A stretch of 58,088 nt of DNA from IMG/VR virus record IMGVR_UViG_3300036800_000168, positions 1-58,088 of that record; one strand, written 5' to 3'. The notes beneath the pieces are model-generated. The model did no database searches. It saw only the letters and a list, made by a program, of their open reading frames with translations, and was not told the DNA's origin. Below, one piece after another: positions 46,355-54,556 of this stretch; position 1 is the first letter of the stretch; every line of letters starts with the position of its first letter. Origin of the DNA: a virus. Taxonomy: Duplodnaviria; Caudoviricetes. The translations under genes and the position numbers were made by a program.

Positions 46355-46747
46355 ATGCCACGACTCGCAGGCCCGTTCGAGCGGAACGGGGTGAAGCCCC
46401 GGATCCTGGACGTGTCCCGCGTCGCCAGGACTGAGGGCACGCGGGAGGTTGTCGCCTACCTGTCGCAGAACGGCTGCCTGGGCGACGGCCTTGACTGGGA
46501 TTCCATGACTGACGCAGTGCGCGAGAACTGGGTCAAGTCGATCACCGAGGTATTCACCGGGCGCAGCCGGGAGGCGGCGAAGGCGGCGCTCGCTGAGCTG
46601 GCCGAGGAGGAGGAGCTGGCTCTGCTCCTGGAGTGCCGGCGTTGCGGGGCCGACGAGGAAGAGCCGTGCCGGGACCTGCGGCGCAACGTCATCACCCACA
46701 CCAGGCACCCGCACGCCGAGCGCATGAGCGACATGGAGGCAGACTGA
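46355..46747 (+). CDS. Hypothetical protein with C-terminal zinc finger
   Basis: C..CGA...EPC...PH.ER. Confidence 0.65.
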   Translation: MPRLAGPFERNGVKPRILDVSRVARTEGTREVVAYLSQNGCLGDGLDWDSMTDAVRENWVKSITEVFTGRSREAAKAALAELAEEEELALLLECRRCGADEEEPCRDLRRNVITHTRHPHAERMSDMEAD

Positions 46748-47193
46748 TGGCAAGGGAGTTCAAGGGGCTCAGGCCCGGCGAGAAGTACGAGGGCGTCCGG
46801 TACGAGGACCTGACAGACGAGCAGCGGCAGATGCTCGGCACGATGGCCGTCGGGGCTACGGCTGCGGGCAACGTCTCGATGGCGGCCACGCCGCACGACC
46901 CGGCGTTCTGGATGCTCCTCGACGACTTCACGACCACCCCGGTCGTGCACCTCGACGGCTGCTACATCTGCGAAGACCCCGAGTACGCCCAGATGGGCAT
47001 GCCGCTGTGCTACCCGTGTCCCAACTGCCTGCGCAACGGCACCGGCATGGGGCACATCGCCGCCGACGACACCAAGTGCGACGAGTGCGGCTACGAGCAC
47101 GGCCCCGACGACTACAACGAAGAGGGCCTGATCACCGGGATTCCCCGGGAGAAGGCCCTGTCCATCAAGGAAGCCCGGCACCCGCGCCGGTAA
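46747..47193 (+). CDS. Multi-zinc-ribbon protein
   Basis: CYIC, CPNC, CDEC. Confidence 0.65.
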   Translation: MAREFKGLRPGEKYEGVRYEDLTDEQRQMLGTMAVGATAAGNVSMAATPHDPAFWMLLDDFTTTPVVHLDGCYICEDPEYAQMGMPLCYPCPNCLRNGTGMGHIAADDTKCDECGYEHGPDDYNEEGLITGIPREKALSIKEARHPRR

Positions 47194-47211
47194 GCCTGGT
47201 CCTCCTCCAGG

Positions 47212-47248
47212 GCGGGGGCCGCACGGGTGATCCCGTGCGGCCCTTCGC
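47212..47248 (+). terminator. Intrinsic terminator-like stem-loop
   Basis: gggccgcacggg / cccgtgcggccc followed by ttcgcattt. Confidence 0.7.
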
Positions 47249-47256
47249 ATTTCCCC

Positions 47257-47285
47257 TATGCCAATACAGCTTTCCTTGATAAGCT
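47257..47285 (+). promoter_or_regulatory. Promoter with box
   Basis: aatacagctttccttga-TAAGCT. Confidence 0.75.
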
Positions 47286-47318
47286 CCTCTTGCAAGGAAC
47301 ACTAGCGAGGAGAACCTG

Positions 47319-48245
47319 ATGACGCAGACCATGGGGCCCGCCGAGTTCGATGCCGCCGAGCTGGGCCTGATGCAGGAGCTGGCCAAGTGCGAAGCCGAGC
47401 TGGACCAGGTTATCGCCGCCGCCCACCGCCAGGCCGGAGACACCCGGAGCTACAGCGGGTGGGGCCGCAACCGGGTAGTGAGCTGGCAGCTCACCGACGA
47501 CGAGGCCATACAGCGGTCCGGTGCAGCCGAGCGGGTTGCAAACGCCAGTTACCGGATCTCCAGCTTCCGGACTCACATCGATGACATGGAAGCCGTTTAC
47601 CGCGCCGCCCCCTGGACCCGCTGGTACCCGTGCCTCAACGCCGACGGGCACATCCACTCCGACGACCGGGCCTGCCCCACCCTGCACCGCAACAGCCAGC
47701 AGACCCTGATGGGCTGGGAGACGCGCCTGTCCGGCCAGCCGGTCGAGGTCGTCATCGCGGACCTCGGCCCGCGCCTGTGCAGCGTGTGCTTCCCCGGTGC
47801 CCCCGCTGAGCACTGCCAGTCGCTCAGCGATATCACCCGTGCCGACCGGGATGCCGCAAGGGCAGCGAAGAACGCCGCCCGGGACGCCGCCCTCGCCGTC
47901 AAGAACCTGACCGGGCCGTTCATCACCCACGACGGCGACCGGATCACCACCGTGGCCGCCCTCAAGGCCGTCGTGCGCAAGCCGGCCGAGACCGTCGTCG
48001 AGATCGAGTACTACAAGACCAGCGAGGATGCCAGCGAGGCGTACAAGGACATGCCCGAGCGGCTGGCCGAGTACATCGCCCGCGCCGAGGCCCGGCTGGA
48101 GGGCGAGAAGGCCGACATGAACCGGGCCTGCGAGATCCTGGCCGCCCGCGAGGCCGCCGCCCCCGGCAGCGGCTGGAGCCAGGCGGACATCGACAAGGCG
48201 GTCGCCGCCGCCGTCAAGCGCACCCGCAAGGCCTACTTCGGCTAG
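47319..48245 (+). CDS. Actinophage hypothetical protein (GHIHS...C.T...LCSVC.P.AP)
   Basis: Very high GC3; own promoter and terminator. Confidence 0.75.
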   Translation: MTQTMGPAEFDAAELGLMQELAKCEAELDQVIAAAHRQAGDTRSYSGWGRNRVVSWQLTDDEAIQRSGAAERVANASYRISSFRTHIDDMEAVYRAAPWTRWYPCLNADGHIHSDDRACPTLHRNSQQTLMGWETRLSGQPVEVVIADLGPRLCSVCFPGAPAEHCQSLSDITRADRDAARAAKNAARDAALAVKNLTGPFITHDGDRITTVAALKAVVRKPAETVVEIEYYKTSEDASEAYKDMPERLAEYIARAEARLEGEKADMNRACEILAAREAAAPGSGWSQADIDKAVAAAVKRTRKAYFG

Positions 48246-48247
48246 GC

Positions 48248-48285
48248 CAGGAGGCCCGGCTCCCCACCCGGGGCCGGGCCTCCTG
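48248..48285 (+). terminator. Terminator stem-loop
   Basis: caggaggcccggc / gccgggcctcctg. Confidence 0.75.
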
Positions 48286-48294
48286 CTCATTACG

Positions 48295-48322
48295 TAGTCA
48301 ATATCAAGAAAACCTGTATCAT
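48295..48322 (+). promoter_or_regulatory. Promoter with inverted box
   Basis: TAGTCA-atatcaagaaaacctg-TATCAT. Confidence 0.75.
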
Positions 48323-48332
48323 GAGAGGGATC

Positions 48333-48653
48333 ATGAGCGACCACTACCACCACGCCAGCGAAGTCCAGGGCGCAGCCGACGACCACCACAGTCACAGCGC
48401 GCGTGACATCGGCGCGGCCGAGGAGCACGACCTGAACATGCTCGAACGGCGCGTCCAGACCCTGGAGCAGGACGTCAACGCGCTGGAGCGGGACAAGGCA
48501 GCCCGGGACCGGAGAATCTCTGACCTCCAGGGCGACGTGCTCACCGCCAGCAGCTCAATCGCCCAGCTCCAGGGCCGGCTACTCGAAGTAGCCGATCAGT
48601 TCAACAGCTTCGTAAGACTCGTCGAGAACGCTATCAATCAAGGGAGTCTCTAA
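48333..48653 (+). CDS. Coiled-coil protein with His-rich N-terminal repeats
   Basis: DH.H.A..[VI].(.)GAA x2, then heptads. Confidence 0.7.
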   Translation: MSDHYHHASEVQGAADDHHSHSARDIGAAEEHDLNMLERRVQTLEQDVNALERDKAARDRRISDLQGDVLTASSSIAQLQGRLLEVADQFNSFVRLVENAINQGSL

Positions 48654-48820
48654 TGCCAGGATGGATTCCGCGCTGGCACCCGTTCGTGTGGGCGTTCGTC
48701 ATCATCATGATCTACATGATCTGGACGGACCCGGCCACCTGGGGCCACAAGGCCGCCGGCCTACTTCACCTGATCCCCGAGGCGGCCAACCGCGTCGGGA
48801 TCTTCGCCCAGAACCTGTAG
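48653..48820 (+). CDS. 55-aa membrane protein (below ORF-track cutoff)
   Basis: GGGAG RBS, TAATG overlap, TM FVWAFVIIMIYMIW. Confidence 0.6.
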   Translation: MPGWIPRWHPFVWAFVIIMIYMIWTDPATWGHKAAGLLHLIPEAANRVGIFAQNL

Positions 48821-48822
48821 CC

Positions 48823-49410
48823 GTGACGACGAGCAGTGCCGCCAGGCACCGCGCTCCCGCGCGCACCCTCGGCCGCTGGGCGCTGCCCGGGGTACTCGCG
48901 TTCTTCGCCTGGCTGGCGGAGAACACCCCCGGCGGCGTGCTGGGCTTCGCCGGCCTGATCGCCACCGGGCTACTGGTCAGCCTCTTCTACCCGCTGGTCG
49001 TCCTCATGGCGATCGAGGCCCCGGGCGGCCTGGTGCCGTGCTCCTGGCGCACCTGGTGGCGCAGGGGCCAGGAACGCCGCCCGGCTATCAGCAAGCGGCT
49101 GCGGAGGATCGTCTACGCGGCCGACAGGCACATGTGCTGCCTGTCGTGGTGCCGCAGCAGCGCCGACCTCAACCTCGACCACGTGCGCCCCTGGTCGCTC
49201 GGCGGGCGCACGTCGTTCTGGAACTTCTGCACCCTGTGCGGCCACCATAACCGGGTGAAGTCGAATTACTGGGCATTCAAGGGCGGGCGCTATACCTACC
49301 GCCCGTTCGAGGGTTACGGCAATGCCCGCGAGGCTGCCGCGATCCTCGCCTTCGAGCTGCGGTACCGCCGGAGCCTCTGGCGGTTCATCCGCGCGGCGAT
49401 CTCCCTGTAG
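48823..49410 (+). CDS. HNH endonuclease with N-terminal TM helices
   Basis: C...C....L.LDHV.PWS.GG....N...LC..HN..KS. Confidence 0.8.
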   Translation: MTTSSAARHRAPARTLGRWALPGVLAFFAWLAENTPGGVLGFAGLIATGLLVSLFYPLVVLMAIEAPGGLVPCSWRTWWRRGQERRPAISKRLRRIVYAADRHMCCLSWCRSSADLNLDHVRPWSLGGRTSFWNFCTLCGHHNRVKSNYWAFKGGRYTYRPFEGYGNAREAAAILAFELRYRRSLWRFIRAAISL

Positions 49411-49509
49411 CAGGTAACGACTGAGGCGCTTAACGCGCTTTAGGCAGGCGAGAGTGCTTCTGTGACGCTATGGTCTTTCTTGCCATTAATGGACTAAGGA
49501 AGGAACTGC

Positions 49510-50382
49510 ATGAAGCTGAACCGCAGGGGCATTCTGGGCCTCGCGGCACTGGCGCTTGCCGTAGCGGCCGGAGGCACTGCCTTCGCCGCTACGAGCCAGC
49601 CTGGCGCCGCCCACGTCCAGTACGCGAAGGGCGTAGCCAACGGAGCTGGTGCTTCAGCCGCCTACAACGCCGGGACCTGGACGCTCGACTCAGGTCACGG
49701 TACCGGCGGCAGCGCCCAGGTTGACCTCGTGAAGCCTGGTACGGCCACGATCGCGCCGACGTTCACCGCCGACCACGAGGGCGCTGGCAACCCGCGCTGG
49801 GTCATCGAGTTCCACAACGGCGACTACATCTTCGGGTACCCCGCCTCCGGAGCGGGCCAGGGCGTCTCCACCTGGACGCTGGAGCCCAGCGGTAAGGCCG
49901 AGGCGAGCTACGCTGCGGCGCTGGCCGACGCTCAGGCCGGCGGCTCTGACGACCAGGTGACGGCCGCCTTCATCGTGAACGACACCGGGACCACGGACAC
50001 CACGGTCAACCTCACCGACGTGACGTATAACGGCAACGAAGTCGTTCCGCAGCCCGTGATCCCGTACGTCTACGCCGGCCACGTCGTGAACGTCACCTCG
50101 CACACGGCCGTAGTCGGCTGGTCGGAGTCGGCCAAGGGCTGGCCGTCGGACAACCACTGCGTCGAGGTCTACATGTACGGGTTCGACACCCCGGCGGGCA
50201 CCGCCCACGTGGGCTTCACCTGCGACAACGGCAACCGCGCGGCTGACCTCGGGTACATGACGAACCTGCCGGCGGGCCACAGCGTCTCGCTGTTCATCCG
50301 CCCGGCGGTCGGCACCTACGCCAGCCACCACCCGATCGCGGGCACGGACGCCAAGGCGCACGTCTACGTCGTGACCCCGTAG
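49510..50382 (+). CDS. Secreted protein with twin-arginine-like signal peptide
   Basis: MKLNRRGILGLAALALAVAAGGTAFA; AAGGAAGGA RBS. Confidence 0.75.
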   Translation: MKLNRRGILGLAALALAVAAGGTAFAATSQPGAAHVQYAKGVANGAGASAAYNAGTWTLDSGHGTGGSAQVDLVKPGTATIAPTFTADHEGAGNPRWVIEFHNGDYIFGYPASGAGQGVSTWTLEPSGKAEASYAAALADAQAGGSDDQVTAAFIVNDTGTTDTTVNLTDVTYNGNEVVPQPVIPYVYAGHVVNVTSHTAVVGWSESAKGWPSDNHCVEVYMYGFDTPAGTAHVGFTCDNGNRAADLGYMTNLPAGHSVSLFIRPAVGTYASHHPIAGTDAKAHVYVVTP

Positions 50383-50396
50383 TACCGCCGCATCGC

Positions 50397-50430
50397 CGAG
50401 GGCCCGGGTCAACGGCGACCCGGGCCCTCG
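50397..50430 (+). terminator. Terminator stem-loop
   Basis: cgagggcccgggtc / gacccgggccctcg. Confidence 0.75.
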
Positions 50431-50446
50431 TGCTTGGCAAACCCCT

Positions 50447-50475
50447 TGTGGCAATACAGCTTTTCTTGATAAACT
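50447..50475 (+). promoter_or_regulatory. Promoter with box
   Basis: (T)TGTGGC-aatacagcttttcttga-TAAACT. Confidence 0.8.
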
Positions 50476-50510
50476 CCTCGTGCAAGGGATGAAGCACCGA
50501 GGAGGAACTG

Positions 50511-51035
50511 ATGAGCCGGAGCCAGAAGACATTCGTCGCCTACACCGCCGCCGGCGACGAGGCGACCTTCCAGACGGCCAGCGACAAGTACGACTACGCT
50601 GGCCTCGTCAACCCGCTCGACGGCAGCGGCCAGTGGCGCGTCGTCGCCCTCGGCTACTCGTACGAGTCGGTGACCAGGCGGACCAGGGATGCCGCCCGCC
50701 GGATTCTCGCCCCCAACTACAGCGACGATTGGGGCATCCGCGCCTACTCGTGCACGGCGCAGGCGTGGGAGGTCAGCGCCCCGGTTATCGGCGCTTACTT
50801 CGGCCACCACCGGCTCCGCGTCACGGCGGTCTTCCTCGACGGCAGGTGGCAGGAAGTCAACTACCATGCCGGGCGCTCGCTCCTGCGCACGCTGGCGAAG
50901 GAGGGAGTCGAAGCGGTCCAGGTACGCGGAACGGGCAGCCGGCACTGCCTGAGCGAGCGCCAGGGCCTCCACGAGGCCGACTTCCAGATGACCGAGCTGC
51001 TCAAGTCGATGAACACCAGGAGGAGGACCGCGTAA
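50511..51035 (+). CDS. Hypothetical protein
   Basis: GAGGAGGA RBS. Confidence 0.65.
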   Translation: MSRSQKTFVAYTAAGDEATFQTASDKYDYAGLVNPLDGSGQWRVVALGYSYESVTRRTRDAARRILAPNYSDDWGIRAYSCTAQAWEVSAPVIGAYFGHHRLRVTAVFLDGRWQEVNYHAGRSLLRTLAKEGVEAVQVRGTGSRHCLSERQGLHEADFQMTELLKSMNTRRRTA

Positions 51036-51349
51036 TGGAGCGCATCAGGCAGGACCGGACGGCGAGCACCCTGCTCGCCGTCCTCGGTGAAAGAGGCGCG
51101 ATCACCCTGGAGGCCTGGGAGTCCGCCGGCCGCCAGGGCGGAGTCATCGGCCTCCACTACGCCGCGCCCATGTACGAGGGACAGGAGGGCACTGAATGCG
51201 ACCTGCTGCCCCAGGGGTTCTGCTACCTGGACTCCTCGCACTCACACGGGGCGCAGGCCGCCCCGCTGGTCCTATCCGGGGACGAAGAGGCCGCCTGGGC
51301 GGTCGCCGAAGAGTGGTACCGCTCGCACATCGAGGGAGCCGGCGAATGA
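51035..51349 (+). CDS. Hypothetical protein (paralog family with 32048 and 32847)
   Basis: GERG...H...P...CDLL...C...AW...EEWY. Confidence 0.65.
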   Translation: MERIRQDRTASTLLAVLGERGAITLEAWESAGRQGGVIGLHYAAPMYEGQEGTECDLLPQGFCYLDSSHSHGAQAAPLVLSGDEEAAWAVAEEWYRSHIEGAGE

Positions 51350-51687
51350 CTGACATCAGCGACCTGCCGCTGCCCTACTACCTGGACCGCAGCCGCAAGG
51401 GGCCCGTGACGATCACCGCGATCGGCGAGAACCGGCTGGTGCTGTCCGGGCGGAGCAACTACGGCACGCCGTGCCAGGACTGGGCCGACCGCTTGGCGCC
51501 CATGACCGACGAGGAGTTCACGAACGAGGCGGCCGAAGCCGTCTACTGGTCCGCCTGGGCGGACAACAACCCCACGTCGGACTACCACTGGCAGGCCAGC
51601 GCCTGCTACTACGAGGCTCAGCGCCGGGGAGACCCGGGCCTGTACCAGCGGGCCTACGACCAGGCGAAGAGGCACGCCGGGCTGTAA
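51346..51687 (+). CDS. Hypothetical protein
   Basis: SAWA.NNP.SDYHW...CY.E..RR; ATGA overlap. Confidence 0.65.
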   Translation: MTDISDLPLPYYLDRSRKGPVTITAIGENRLVLSGRSNYGTPCQDWADRLAPMTDEEFTNEAAEAVYWSAWADNNPTSDYHWQASACYYEAQRRGDPGLYQRAYDQAKRHAGL

Positions 51688-51761
51688 CGGGCCGCAGCGG
51701 GCTATAGTGGCCCGCAGAGGCACAAACGGCTCCCCGGTTAGTAGTGCCCTCTTCACGGAGA

Positions 51762-51791
51762 CTGAGGCCGCCGGGATCCCGGCGGCCTCAG
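51762..51791. terminator. Perfect 30-bp palindrome at a convergent junction (bidirectional terminator)
   Basis: ctgaggccgccggga|tcccggcggcctcag. Confidence 0.7.
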
Positions 51792-51796
51792 GCGTC

Positions 51797-52813
51797 TTAC
51801 AGGGCCAGCAGCGGTGCCATCTCGGCCAGCTCGCCGGCCGCCCCGGCTCCGGCGGCCTCACCGCCGCCGCCGCTGATCATGCTCCTGATGCCCTGCCCCT
51901 CCAGCATGTGCCCGGCCAGGCCGGTGCCGCCGCCCGAGGATGAGCCGCCGTCACCGCCGCCGCTCGCCGGGCCGTTGCCCATCACCGAGTCGGTCAGGTC
52001 CGCCTCGCGCAGGTAACGGGCCACCACCTTGCGGCCCAGCCGCTCGCACTCAGCCTGCGGCAGCCCCGGGTTCGCCTGGGCGATCATCGCGGTCGCCCGC
52101 AGCACCCGCGAGCGCACCGGGTCCCTGCTGGCCGTCGAGGATACCCCCGGGCTGCTGGTCGGCTGGCCGACGGGGGCGGTGCCGCCGCCGCCCTGGGTCC
52201 CGGCGGGGAGGCTCGGCGCCAGCCCGGCCGACCCGCCGCCCGGCACCCCCATGTCAACCGAGCCGTCCCCGGTACCTGTGTCCGGCGGCGTGTACGGGCT
52301 CATCATCATCGAACCCGGGTCAGCGTCCGCCCGCCTGCGCAGCGAGCCCGTCGCCTGGGCCACCTGGCCCGGCACCTCCGGCCGCACCTGGGTCACCTGC
52401 GGGTCCGGGCCACCGGGAGCGCCCGCCGGCACCTCGGAGTAGCCGCCGGAGAAATCAGGCCCCTCGGTATGACTGTCGGCCCGCTCCGGCCCCGTCCCGT
52501 AGCCGCCGCCGTTCAGCAGCGGCTCCAGCGGGGTCACCGGGTCCACGCCCTCGGCAAGGGCCTCGCGGTACAGGTCGTAGCGGCGCCGGGCAATCGCCAT
52601 CAGGTCGCCCAGGTACAGGTCGTTGCGCGCCGCGATGGCCACGAGCGACTCCTCGGCCAGTGACGCCCGGTGCCCGAACTCGTCCTCGCTGCGGGAGGCG
52701 AGCAGGAACGGCATCACGCTCTCCAGCTCGGCGTCTGCCCTGGCAAGGGCAGCCTCCCTGGTGAAGTGCTCGTGGTCGCCGGAGGCGTCCTCCCACAGGT
52801 CGTCGTCCATCAC
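51797..52813 (-). CDS. Probable head-associated/internal virion protein
   Basis: PFL..S.S..EF.HR N-terminus, NP.L...C..L...V module, RRRA/REA motifs. Confidence 0.65.
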   Translation of the reverse strand: MMDDDLWEDASGDHEHFTREAALARADAELESVMPFLLASRSEDEFGHRASLAEESLVAIAARNDLYLGDLMAIARRRYDLYREALAEGVDPVTPLEPLLNGGGYGTGPERADSHTEGPDFSGGYSEVPAGAPGGPDPQVTQVRPEVPGQVAQATGSLRRRADADPGSMMMSPYTPPDTGTGDGSVDMGVPGGGSAGLAPSLPAGTQGGGGTAPVGQPTSSPGVSSTASRDPVRSRVLRATAMIAQANPGLPQAECERLGRKVVARYLREADLTDSVMGNGPASGGGDGGSSSGGGTGLAGHMLEGQGIRSMISGGGGEAAGAGAAGELAEMAPLLAL

Positions 52814-54552
52814 CGTGCTCCCATCTGAGCGAGTCCTGCCTCTACGCGCCTGCGGAAGGCCGCCAGGCGGTCGTTGCCGCGCGGGTCCCCCCGGTAGGCG
52901 TCCCGGTTCGTGTAGCCGCTCTGGTCGGCGCTGTTAGGCGCGACGGGGGCAAGCTGGGCGTTCTCCGGGTGCATCCCCGAGAAGGTCTGCACCGTCGGCC
53001 CGTCCGGCTGCGGCGGCTGCTGCGGCTGGCCCATGACGTCGTCGGGGACGACGGGGCCGCCGGGCAGCGGCGGCGCTCCCTGGTACGGCGGGGCACCGCC
53101 AGCGGCGGCCGGGTCGGACAGGCCGCCCATCGGCGGCGGCGCGCCCGGCCCGTTCAGCGGGGTCGAGCCCATCGGGTCCGGGGAGGTGCCCGGCCCGTCG
53201 GTGACCAGGTCCGTGCTGGTGCCCGCCTGGCGCACCAGGTAGGCGCCCCGGCACTTCGCCCCGGTCCTGGCCGCGTGCTTGTGACTGAACGAGGCGTGCA
53301 GCCCCAGGCGCCTGGCCAGGTCAGGATGACGGTAGGCCTGCTCGCCGTGAGCTGCCGCCCATGCCTGCTGCACCACGGGCGCGCTGTCGGTCATCCCCGC
53401 GTACAGGCCCGCCTCGAACCGGGCCGAGCCCTTCCCCGCCAGCCGCGAGGTAGGCCGCCACTTGCTGGCGAACAGGTAGCCCTTGCGGAACTCCGGGTCG
53501 CGCATCAGCGCGTCGGGGGCGAACGAGGCCGACACGCGGCGTAGCGACGCGGTACGCGACGCGCGTGCCACCTGGAAGGCCCGCTGAGCCTCCTGGGCGT
53601 TGGCGCCCTGCCCGGAGTCGCCGCCCATCGAGCGCGGCACGTCCTGCGGCCCTGCGGGGGCCTGGGAGCCCCCGTAGCCCTGGGCGTAGCCCTTGACGTA
53701 CGGCGAGACCCCCGAGCTGTTGTCGGCGAACAGGGGCCGCTCCCCGGCAGCCAGGTCCGACTGCCCGGCACTCAGGCCGGCCTGGAAGTCCCCGCCGGCC
53801 TCGTTCTGCGACCAGGGGTCCGGGGAGGTAGCCGCCGAGTTGAACGGCGGGGTGATGTCGTCGGTGGTGGCGTGCGGCTGGCTCCAGGTATCGGCCTGGC
53901 GGCGCAGCGACGCGGTGGCCTGACCCTGGTCGTCCGCCCGGTACAGCGCGGAGGAGTCGGAGTTCATCCGCCGGCCCTGGGCGTAGGCGGCGAGGTACTG
54001 CGGGTGCAGGTCGCCGCGCCCGGTGTGCCGCTCGTACTCCGAGCGGCTCATCGCCGCCCGGCCGACGGCGCCGTGCATCAGCCCGGCCGTCTCGTTCCAC
54101 GCGGACAGGTAGCGGCCGTGCTGGATGGCGCTGTGCGGGAACTTCTGCTTGTGCTGCGGGTGCTCCCCCCGGGTGGCCGCCGCCTTACCGAGCGCCTCGG
54201 CGTCTCCGGCCGCCAGCCCGGACGCTGCCGTGCGCGGCTGCGGTCCGTCCGGCCCGGTGGACCACTCCTGGCGGAACGTGGAGCTGGGCGAGTTATCGCC
54301 CAGCGGGAACGCCACGCCCACCGGCAGCTCGTCGTCCTCGGGCACCGGCTGGTTGTTCGGGTCGGTGTGCTGCTCGACCTGCGGCAGCCCCGAGGCGGCC
54401 TGCGAGCGCATCGGGCGGCCGTCGGCGGACCACCAGTCGTGGTCGGTATCGCCCTGCGGCGTCGAGTCGTCGTCACCGTCCCCGTCAGGGTCAGAGGCGG
54501 TAACCCACATGAGTCCCCTGCGGGACGGCAGGGAGTAGTCCGGCTGGGCCAT
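52810..54552 (-). CDS. Probable head-associated polyprotein (start MAQPDY at 54552)
   Basis: DPDGDGDDD..GDTDHD motif; Y..GY..G modules; R-x-A boundaries. Confidence 0.65.
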   Translation of the reverse strand: MAQPDYSLPSRRGLMWVTASDPDGDGDDDSTPQGDTDHDWWSADGRPMRSQAASGLPQVEQHTDPNNQPVPEDDELPVGVAFPLGDNSPSSTFRQEWSTGPDGPQPRTAASGLAAGDAEALGKAAATRGEHPQHKQKFPHSAIQHGRYLSAWNETAGLMHGAVGRAAMSRSEYERHTGRGDLHPQYLAAYAQGRRMNSDSSALYRADDQGQATASLRRQADTWSQPHATTDDITPPFNSAATSPDPWSQNEAGGDFQAGLSAGQSDLAAGERPLFADNSSGVSPYVKGYAQGYGGSQAPAGPQDVPRSMGGDSGQGANAQEAQRAFQVARASRTASLRRVSASFAPDALMRDPEFRKGYLFASKWRPTSRLAGKGSARFEAGLYAGMTDSAPVVQQAWAAAHGEQAYRHPDLARRLGLHASFSHKHAARTGAKCRGAYLVRQAGTSTDLVTDGPGTSPDPMGSTPLNGPGAPPPMGGLSDPAAAGGAPPYQGAPPLPGGPVVPDDVMGQPQQPPQPDGPTVQTFSGMHPENAQLAPVAPNSADQSGYTNRDAYRGDPRGNDRLAAFRRRVEAGLAQMGAR

Positions 54553-54556
54553 CGCT

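Noticed and set aside
51762-51791. Perfect palindrome as telomere-resolution site
   Set aside because: GC-rich, at a convergent gene junction, no protelomerase in the window; a terminator is simpler
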